A stretch of DNA of 30,491 nucleotides from Opitutales bacterium (GTDB taxonomy: Bacteria; Verrucomicrobiota; Verrucomicrobiia; Opitutales; Coraliomargaritaceae). The notes below the pieces were generated by a model. The model was not told the origin of the DNA and ran no database searches. It saw only the letters and a list, made by a program, of their open reading frames with translations. Positions 24,399-30,491 of this stretch are shown one piece after another; position 1 is the first letter of the stretch; every line of letters begins with the position of its first letter. A program made the position numbers and the translations under genes. The stretch spans positions 1-30,491 of the forward strand of contig JBMYVL010000012.1 of NCBI GenBank assembly GCA_049606355.1. The letters are read 5' to 3'.

Positions 24399-25898
24399 TT
24401 ATTTCTTGTTTGCACGCTTGCGGTTGCCGCCACTGGCGAGGCGGGCCTCACTCTCGGCATCCTGTGTTTCGATAAAGCGCTGGAGCGCTTCGGGATTCTC
24501 ACGGTTGAGAAAGGCTTCCAGAGCGGGGTCCCCCATGCGTTCCATCCACTGCTGGAGCGATGCGCGCAGTGCCCGGACCTCGTCCGCGTAGCGGGGATCG
24601 TCGATCCGGTTGTGCAGGGCATCTGGATCGTTTTCATAATCGTAAAATTCTTCGACGACACGGTGGTTGAAGTGCCGGATGCGTGCCTCAATTGCCGGAT
24701 CCGTCTGCGCGGCTCGCTGCATGGCTTTATAGCTCGGTGCGTGTAAGGTGGCGGATTTAAACAGACGGACGCCGTCGGACCAGGGATTAAAAATATAGCC
24801 AAAACGCTTGGTTTCGACCGCGCGCATCGGGTTGCGGATTCCGCGTGCGTTTTCGTGGTATTCCTTGAAGACCCGATCGCGACCGTCTTGACGTTTGCCT
24901 TGCAGCAGGGGCACGAAGCTGCGTCCGTCCATGCCCTGCGGAGCGGCTATGTCGCAGAGTTCTAAAAGGGTGGGCATGAAGTCGATCGCGGAGATCATGT
25001 GTTCGCGGTCGACTGAACCGGGCTGAGTCATGCCGGGGACGCGCACAATCCACGGGGTGCGCGTACTGTGATGGTAGAGGTTGGTTTTAGCAAAGGGGAA
25101 GGGCATGCCGTGGTCGGAAAGAAACATCACGATGGTCGTGTCGGCCGCGCCGGAAGCGTCGAGTGCCTGAAGTGCGGCGCCGATCAGATCATCTGCGCGG
25201 CGTACACTGTTGTAATAATTCGTGACGTCTTGGCGGACTTTGGGCAGTTCGGCGAGGAAACCGGGAACCGTCACTTCGTTTGTCTGGAAAATCCGTGAGG
25301 GAGGGAAGTTGTCGTGGCCCTTTTGTTTGGCTTTGCGGCTATTGAAGAGCGGATGGTGTGGATCCGAAAAGTTCAGTACCAAGTAGAAGGGCTGCTTTGC
25401 CTGTAGGCTCGCGTCGATGAATTCACGGGTGAGCCGCTGCACCTCGGCCGTACTTTTACTGCTGCCGGGCCCGCCTCTACTTTTGAGTACGGCATCCCAC
25501 GCATAGCCGGAGCGGGGCGTGGTGTCGGCGACCTTGCCCCAGATGCCGGTACGGTAGCCTTCGGTCTTGAGCAGGTCCGGAAGGATCGGAAAGTCGACAT
25601 CGACATCATAAAAGCCTTCGACGCCATTGTTTTGCGGATAGCGCCCGGTTTGCAGCACATTGCGGGAAGGGGTGCAGTTGGGAACTTGCACATGGGCGTA
25701 CTCAAAGCGCATGCCTTCAGCTGCCAGTTGGTCCAGTTGTGGCGTGGTGTCCGGCACCGGACAGCCGAAGACCCCGACGGAATCGGCATTCATGTCATCG
25801 ACTGTGATGAAGAGGATGTTCGGCTTGCTTACGGCGCTCCAGCTGAGCGCGGCGAAGCAGCTACTGAGGACCAGGTTTAAGAGTATGGTTTTCGACAT
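24399..25898 (-). CDS. Cys-type sulfatase (family S1), SGSH-like branch, paralogue 2 of 3
   Basis: 499 aa with a signal peptide. Motifs: NILFITVDDMNADS, CTPSRNVLQTGRYPQNNG, DPHHPLF, NYYNSVRRADDLIG, FLSDHGMPFPFAKTNLY and MRAVETKRF. Confidence 0.95.
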   Translation of the reverse strand: MSKTILLNLVLSSCFAALSWSAVSKPNILFITVDDMNADSVGVFGCPVPDTTPQLDQLAAEGMRFEYAHVQVPNCTPSRNVLQTGRYPQNNGVEGFYDVDVDFPILPDLLKTEGYRTGIWGKVADTTPRSGYAWDAVLKSRGGPGSSKSTAEVQRLTREFIDASLQAKQPFYLVLNFSDPHHPLFNSRKAKQKGHDNFPPSRIFQTNEVTVPGFLAELPKVRQDVTNYYNSVRRADDLIGAALQALDASGAADTTIVMFLSDHGMPFPFAKTNLYHHSTRTPWIVRVPGMTQPGSVDREHMISAIDFMPTLLELCDIAAPQGMDGRSFVPLLQGKRQDGRDRVFKEYHENARGIRNPMRAVETKRFGYIFNPWSDGVRLFKSATLHAPSYKAMQRAAQTDPAIEARIRHFNHRVVEEFYDYENDPDALHNRIDDPRYADEVRALRASLQQWMERMGDPALEAFLNRENPEALQRFIETQDAESEARLASGGNRKRANKK

Positions 25899-25967
25899 GG
25901 TGGGTGAGGCTAGCTCCGTGCACCCCGCTCGGGGCGCACGGGCAGAGATAAAGTGACTGGAGCGCCC

Positions 25968-26897
25968 TTAGGCGAAGGTTTCGGTGAGCAGGAGCTCACA
26001 GTCGCTGGTGGCGACAAAATCGAAGCGATGCGCGGCTGGCAGCAGGGCATTGGCGCTGGCACCAATGGTCGAGCCGTCGGCTTCGCGCAGCTCGCCGGAG
26101 ACGAGACTGAGGATGCGTGGTGCGCCCGCCTCGAACTGCAGGGACTCGCCGGCCTGGAGGCAGAGCTTCTTCAGTGTGAAGACATCGCTCTCGGCGAGGA
26201 CTTGATTGCCGGCGGTCGGCTTAAGCGTTTCCGGTTCGAAGTCGTTAAAGTCGGTGCTTTTGAGCGACTCCTCGATGTGCAGCTGGCGCGGGGAGCCGTC
26301 CAGCCCAACACGACCCCAATCGTAGACACGGTAGGTGGTGTCGGAATTCTGCTGAATCTCGAGGATCAGGTTGCCCCCGCCGATCGCATGGATGCGACCA
26401 CTGGGGATGAAGATCGATTCACCGGCGGTCACATGCATGGTATGCACGAGCGGCTCCAAGTCGTTGTCCTTGAGCCCGGCCTCGAAGGCCTCGCGGCGGA
26501 CGCCTTTTTTCAGGCCTGCCATCAGGGTGGCGTGCGGATCGGCCTTGGCGATGTACCAGTTTTCAGTCTTGGGCTCGCCGTTCAGTTCGGGTGCGACCGC
26601 AGCCGGTGGGTGGACCTGCAGGCTGAGCTTCTCCTGGCAGTCCAGCCACTTGACCAAAATCGGAAAGGGCTGATCCGCGGGCCAACCCGCCCCCATGATG
26701 CCCTCGGGGTCGGCGCTGATGAGTTCGCGAAGGGTCTTGCCCTCTGCAGTGGTCGACTGCGCTTCCGGGCGATCGACGATCTCCCAGCTTTCGCCGATGA
26801 CTTTGCCTGCCGGCAAGTCGCGGCCGAGGTCTGTGGCGAAGCGTGTGCCGCCCCAGACGCGTTCCTGATAGATCGGATTGAAGATGAAGAATTTCAT
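25968..26897 (-). CDS. manA: Class I (Bacillus-type, cupin) mannose-6-phosphate isomerase
   Basis: 309 aa with no signal peptide. Motifs: N-terminal PIYQERVWGG, KLSLQVHP and GRIHAIGGGNLILEIQQNSDTTYRVYDWGR. The longer plus-strand ORF 25953..27329 is its antisense shadow. Confidence 0.9.
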   Translation of the reverse strand: MKFFIFNPIYQERVWGGTRFATDLGRDLPAGKVIGESWEIVDRPEAQSTTAEGKTLRELISADPEGIMGAGWPADQPFPILVKWLDCQEKLSLQVHPPAAVAPELNGEPKTENWYIAKADPHATLMAGLKKGVRREAFEAGLKDNDLEPLVHTMHVTAGESIFIPSGRIHAIGGGNLILEIQQNSDTTYRVYDWGRVGLDGSPRQLHIEESLKSTDFNDFEPETLKPTAGNQVLAESDVFTLKKLCLQAGESLQFEAGAPRILSLVSGELREADGSTIGASANALLPAAHRFDFVATSDCELLLTETFA

Positions 26898-26930
26898 GAT
26901 GTGTGCGCGATGGCTCGGTGGACTGGTTGT

Positions 26931-28487
26931 TTAGCGTGCTTTGCTCAGGCGGTACAGTCCGGAATTACGACCGGTGCCTCCCGCGCGATTTTTATAACGC
27001 TTCCATTGCAGTGTTTCCGCCCGCTTGAGGGATTCGGCATCGAGTTTTTTGTAAATCGCCTGGAGCGCGGCGAGGTCATCGCGCGCCGCAAAGGCTTCGA
27101 TGAGGTGGTCGTCGGTTTCAAGCATCCATGTGTTGAGCTGAGCACGGAAGGCATCGATACGCTCCTGGTGCTCGGGTGCATCGATCAAATTGACCAGTGC
27201 GTGTGGGTCGCTGCGCAGATCGTAGAATTCTTCGACACAGCGGTGCAGCAAAAACTGGTAGCGTTTCGCCACCTCCGGATTGTTGCGTGCCATACCTTTG
27301 ATAACACCTTCGGTGCGATGCCATGTTGAAGCGGAGGTGAATTTGTTTTCACCCGAACCCCAGGCGTTGAACACATAGAGAAAGTCCTTGGTGTGGATCG
27401 CACGCATCGGGTAAGCAAGCCCGCCCGCATTGTCATTGAATTCAGCAAAGACGACATCGCGCGAGGGATCCGCCTGACCTTCCATTAGGCTTAAGGTCGA
27501 CTTGCCCTGGATGCCCTGCGGATGCTGGACGCCGGCGATATCGAGCACGGTGGGCATGAAATCGATGGCAGACACCAAGTGCTCGGAATCGATCTGACCT
27601 GGGCTGAGTTTACCCGGCCATTTCACGATCCAGGGGGTGCGGAGCCCGTCGGCATAGAGTGAGGATTTCGCGTAGGGCAGGGGCATGCCGTGATCGGAGA
27701 TGAAGATAATCACGGTCGTCTCAGCCAAGCCACTCGCTTCCAAAGTCTGGAGGACGGCGCCGACGCAATCATCGCCGCGCTTGACCGAGTTGTAGTAGTT
27801 GCGCATGGCTTCGCGAATCTTCGGATGCTGTGGCAGGAAGGCCGGAATACTGACTTCGTCGACCGTGTAGAAGCGCGAGGGCGCGTAAGCGTCGAAGCCC
27901 TGCTTGATGCCCTTAGGATCATTATAGAACGGCTTGTGCGGATCGGCGATGTTCACCACGCAGTAGAAGGGCTTTTTCGCTTTCTTAGCCTTATTGAGCG
28001 CCTTTTGGAAGTGTTCCGCATAGTAGGCGTCGTGGCGTTTGGGTGGCCCCTTCATGATCATCTGGAAGTCCCAGTACCTTGCGTAATTGTCCGTCAGGCT
28101 ACTATCGCGCGGCTTGTTGACACAGGCCGTAAAGTAGCCGGCGTCGCGCAGGGCCTCCGGCAGGGTCTGGAAATCAGCGTCCACATTGTAGAAGCTCAGC
28201 ATGCCGTTGTTGTGCGGGTAGCGGCCGGTCTGATAGACGTTGCGCGAGGGCACACAGCTGGAGGTCTGATTGTAGGCAAATTCAAAGCGGAAGCCCTGCT
28301 CGGCCAGACTGTCGATGTGGGGTGAGATGTCTGGAATCTCACAGCCGTAGGAAGCGATCGAGTCGTAGTTCATGTCATCCATCGTGATGAACAGAACATT
28401 GAGGGCTTGCTGTGCTGCGCTGGCATGCAGGAGGCCAGCCAAGCAACACAGGATGCAGAGGAATGGGATGCGGAGGGAGTGTTTCAT
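26931..28487 (-). CDS. Cys-type sulfatase (family S1), SGSH-like branch, paralogue 3 of 3
   Basis: The ORF is open to 28739, but the ATG at 28487 gives the signal peptide MKHSLRIPFLCILCCLAGLLHASA. The upstream extension runs through terminator hairpins. Motifs: NVLFITMDDMNYDS, CVPSRNVYQTGRYPHNNG, DPHKPF, NYYNSVKRGDDCVG, FISDHGMPLPYAKSSLY and MRAIHTKDF. Confidence 0.92.
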   Translation of the reverse strand: MKHSLRIPFLCILCCLAGLLHASAAQQALNVLFITMDDMNYDSIASYGCEIPDISPHIDSLAEQGFRFEFAYNQTSSCVPSRNVYQTGRYPHNNGMLSFYNVDADFQTLPEALRDAGYFTACVNKPRDSSLTDNYARYWDFQMIMKGPPKRHDAYYAEHFQKALNKAKKAKKPFYCVVNIADPHKPFYNDPKGIKQGFDAYAPSRFYTVDEVSIPAFLPQHPKIREAMRNYYNSVKRGDDCVGAVLQTLEASGLAETTVIIFISDHGMPLPYAKSSLYADGLRTPWIVKWPGKLSPGQIDSEHLVSAIDFMPTVLDIAGVQHPQGIQGKSTLSLMEGQADPSRDVVFAEFNDNAGGLAYPMRAIHTKDFLYVFNAWGSGENKFTSASTWHRTEGVIKGMARNNPEVAKRYQFLLHRCVEEFYDLRSDPHALVNLIDAPEHQERIDAFRAQLNTWMLETDDHLIEAFAARDDLAALQAIYKKLDAESLKRAETLQWKRYKNRAGGTGRNSGLYRLSKAR

Positions 28488-28574
28488 AGGAGTTAAAGTG
28501 GGGCGCCGCAGGTGCCGGAGCCAGGAGCCCTGCCGGTGAGTACTGGGGGCAGGGCGGTTGAAAGCTGTATCGTT

Positions 28575-28603
28575 AAAAAAGAGCCTACAAAAAATGCAGG
28601 CTC
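28575..28603 (-). terminator. Rho-independent terminator downstream of the GH130 gene
   Basis: On the minus strand, GAGCCTGCA-TTTTT-TGTAGGCTC forms a 9-bp stem including one G-U pair. It is followed by TTTTTT (plus-strand A-run 28575-28580). Confidence 0.6.
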
Positions 28604-28611
28604 CGTAAGAA

Positions 28612-28639
28612 GCGGTGCTGCGCTCGAGCGCAGCACCGC
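28612..28639. other. Perfect 28-nt GC-rich palindrome (12-bp stem, TCGA loop) between the GH130 stop and the terminator
   Basis: GCGGTGCTGCGC TCGA GCGCAGCACCGC read directly from the sequence. Its function is unknown; candidates are a stabiliser, a second terminator hairpin or a protein-binding site. Confidence 0.6.
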
Positions 28640-28656
28640 GAGTCCTAAAAATCGTC

Positions 28657-29733
28657 CTAGGCGACCGGATTGGCCAGCAAGTGGTCGAGTAAGTCCTGCA
28701 AGGGTGTGGTGCAGACCGCGCAGTGAACATCGCCGCCACCGTAGTAGAGGAAGTAAGTACCGTCGATCACCACGTGGCCACAGGGGAAGCAAACGCCCTT
28801 GTAGATACCTTGGGTCTCGTAGTCGGCCACCGGCTCATAAATTGGCTTCGGCGTGCGGTGTGTGACCTGGGTTGGATTGTCGAGGTCGAGCAGCAGGGCG
28901 CCGAGGCGGTATTGCTTGTCCGCGCCGACACCGTGGTAGATCTGCAACCAGCCGTGCTCGGTCTTAAGGGGCGGGTTGTTGGCACCGATCTTCTCTTCCC
29001 AGGGGTATTCACCCTTGGCGAGCAGCTTCATGTCCTTCCACTCGAGCAGGTCGTCGCACTCAGCGATCCAGATGCCCGGGAACTTGTTGGGGAAGCCTTC
29101 GCCGTGCCACTGCATCGGGCGGTGGATGGTGTACCACTTGTTGTTGATCTTTTCGGGGAAGAGAATCACATCGCGGTCGTCGAGCTTCGGGTTGGTCAGG
29201 CGTCCGGCACGGAGCCAGTCCTTGCTTGCCAAGTCCTGGGTTAGGTACAGGTGCGTCGAGGTGAAGTTCTCACGCATGGCGATCGGGAACTCGTCCGGGA
29301 AGTGGCTGTTCTTGTCCGCATGGTGGTTCTCATTCTCCCAGTACTTGCCCGGAGGGAAGGGGCGCGTTGCGGAGGTGATGTAGTACCAGTCGCCGATCTT
29401 GACGATACGCGGGTCTTCCACACAGCCATTATCAATGCTGCCGATCAGCGGCGTCAGCACCGGCTCATCGGAGACGCGCTCAAAGTTGTAACCGTCCTTA
29501 CTGACGGCGAGACCGAGATGCACGCGGTGCTCGGTGTCGTTGCCGGCGGCGCGGTACACGAGTTGGACCTCGCCCTTTGCCTCGTCATACCAGGCGGCCG
29601 GGTTGGTGGTCACTTCACTTTCCCAGTCGGATCCGGCTTTGGGCGAGAGAATCGGATTCCCCTCGTAGCGCTTGAGTTGATAGGCAGACGGCTCAATCGT
29701 CGTCTTCACTTCGTTGATACATGTTTCGCTCAT
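28657..29733 (-). CDS. GH130-family beta-mannoside phosphorylase-like enzyme (cytoplasmic)
   Basis: Motifs: LKRYEGNPILSP, TNPAAW, VYRAAG, CVEDPRI, DDRDVILFPEKINNKWYTIHRP, WLQIYHGV and YFLYYGGGD. No signal peptide. The start is taken at the ATG at 29733; alternatives are the ATG at 29790 and the GTG at 29799. Confidence 0.9.
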   Translation of the reverse strand: MSETCINEVKTTIEPSAYQLKRYEGNPILSPKAGSDWESEVTTNPAAWYDEAKGEVQLVYRAAGNDTEHRVHLGLAVSKDGYNFERVSDEPVLTPLIGSIDNGCVEDPRIVKIGDWYYITSATRPFPPGKYWENENHHADKNSHFPDEFPIAMRENFTSTHLYLTQDLASKDWLRAGRLTNPKLDDRDVILFPEKINNKWYTIHRPMQWHGEGFPNKFPGIWIAECDDLLEWKDMKLLAKGEYPWEEKIGANNPPLKTEHGWLQIYHGVGADKQYRLGALLLDLDNPTQVTHRTPKPIYEPVADYETQGIYKGVCFPCGHVVIDGTYFLYYGGGDVHCAVCTTPLQDLLDHLLANPVA

Positions 29734-29799
29734 AGTATGTAATAGTAGATTTTGAATTGTTGCTTCACGCTTGTTGGACCTGTCGGCCATGCGGCGCAC

Positions 29800-30491
29800 T
29801 TAGAAGCGCAGGTTTGCAGAGAGTAGGTATTGGCGCGAGGCACGGTGGAACGCACCCTTGTTGCGGTTGATTAGATCGGTGTCGTCGAAGAGGTTGTTGA
29901 CGCGTAAACCGAGGTTCAGCACGGGCACCCCACGGCCTTTACCGAGTTTGCGTTCGTAATTCAGGAAGGCTGAAGTGACGTATTCGGGGTCAAATTTGAC
30001 TTCATACCAGGTACCTTGGCCAGCCGCGTCGTCATCGTCCTCAATGTACCATTCGCCAATGCTCGACGAAGAACGGAAGCTCTGGTTGGCACCCACCGTC
30101 AGGCCTTTAAGAGCGCCGCTGGTGAATTTGTAGCGTCCAATCAACAGGGCATTGTGGGGTGCTTGGCCCCAAACCTGAGCAAAGCGCGGGTTGACGTTCT
30201 CATTGATCTTAATCGCATCCAGATTGTTGTAGGTGTAGGAAACGATGAAGGAAAGATTACGATTCGGATTGTAGTAAAACTCGCATTCCACCCCTTCCGC
30301 ACGAGACATATCACCGGGCACTTGCTTGCCGGGGAGAATATCGTTGGCGATTGCAAATGTTCCATTTGGTCGCTGTAAATAGAGCTCTGGGTATTCCTCA
30401 TAAGTGTAAATGTCGCCTAATCGCCAATCGTAGTTTACGATATCATCGTTCTCCTTTTCGATGTAGAAGGCCGCGATTTGGCCGTTGAGCT
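29800..30491 (-). CDS. TonB-dependent outer-membrane receptor, C-terminal beta-barrel part (5' end lies beyond the window)
   Basis: The frame stays open past the GTG at 30321 to the window edge (...LNGQIAAFYIEKENDDIVNYDWRLGDIYTYEEYPELYLQRPNGT...). Typical TBDR strands are present (AEGVECEFYYNPNRNLSFIVSYTYNN). The terminal motif is LSANLRF, ending in the C-terminal aromatic residue. Confidence 0.85.
   Translation of the reverse strand, partial: LNGQIAAFYIEKENDDIVNYDWRLGDIYTYEEYPELYLQRPNGTFAIANDILPGKQVPGDMSRAEGVECEFYYNPNRNLSFIVSYTYNNLDAIKINENVNPRFAQVWGQAPHNALLIGRYKFTSGALKGLTVGANQSFRSSSSIGEWYIEDDDDAAGQGTWYEVKFDPEYVTSAFLNYERKLGKGRGVPVLNLGLRVNNLFDDTDLINRNKGAFHRASRQYLLSANLRF

Noticed and set aside
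25953-27329. Long plus-strand ORF (458 aa) spanning the manA region and part of the neighbouring sulfatase
   Set aside because: It is antisense to two ORFs with unmistakable family motifs (PMI cupin motifs and a sulfatase). Its translation is Ala/Gly/Arg/Leu-rich and low in information, with no recognisable motif. This is a typical shadow ORF of high-GC coding DNA.
28488-28739. N-terminal 84-aa extension of the 26931 sulfatase ORF (602-aa version in the ORF track)
   Set aside because: The extension is Arg/Pro/Thr-rich, runs through the terminator and the palindromic hairpins, and overlaps the 3' end of the GH130 gene. The internal ATG at 28487 yields a canonical signal peptide aligned with the two paralogous sulfatases.
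29734-29799. Upstream GTG/ATG starts (29799, 29790) for the GH130 gene
   Set aside because: They would add MRRMADRSNKREATIQNLLLHT with no counterpart in GH130 N-termini as I know them, and would abut the TBDR stop. They are kept as alternatives only; proteomics would decide.
1-30491. Mobile elements, prophage, defence systems or toxin-antitoxin pairs
   Set aside because: No integrase, transposase, recombinase, nuclease, ATPase or small paired ORFs were seen. No terminal inverted repeats or compositional islands were seen beyond the short AT-rich promoter region. Every large ORF is explained by carbohydrate metabolism or transport.

Overview
This roughly 55% GC bacterial segment reads as a sulfatase-rich polysaccharide-utilisation locus. 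Its style fits the PVC superphylum (marine Verrucomicrobiota or Kiritimatiellota); that taxon call is inference only. I found no rRNA, tRNA, CRISPR, transposase or integrase. The layout is as follows. (i) The 3' end of a secreted multidomain protein lies at the left edge. (ii) A XylR-like (sugar-binding domain plus AraC HTH) regulator is transcribed divergently from (iii) a tightly packed plus-strand array of 11 genes spanning about 20 kb (2381..22104). That array holds four paralogues of an unassigned TIM-barrel glycoside-hydrolase-like family, two of them as roughly 1000-1300 aa LamG fusions. It also holds five Cys-type (CxPxR) sulfatases, a GPH-family sugar:cation symporter and a small alpha/beta-hydrolase esterase. 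(iv) A convergent minus-strand array (30491..22344) holds a TonB-dependent receptor (partial), a GH130 mannoside phosphorylase-like enzyme, two more sulfatases, a class I phosphomannose isomerase and a multidomain esterase. The most interesting content is the expanded GH-like family with conserved GNWEGDW and IGE[YF]G motifs that I cannot place in a known family. Two further unassigned modules are shared among the secreted enzymes: a jelly-roll module and a C-terminal tail module. All family calls rest on motifs I recognise by eye; no database search was possible.
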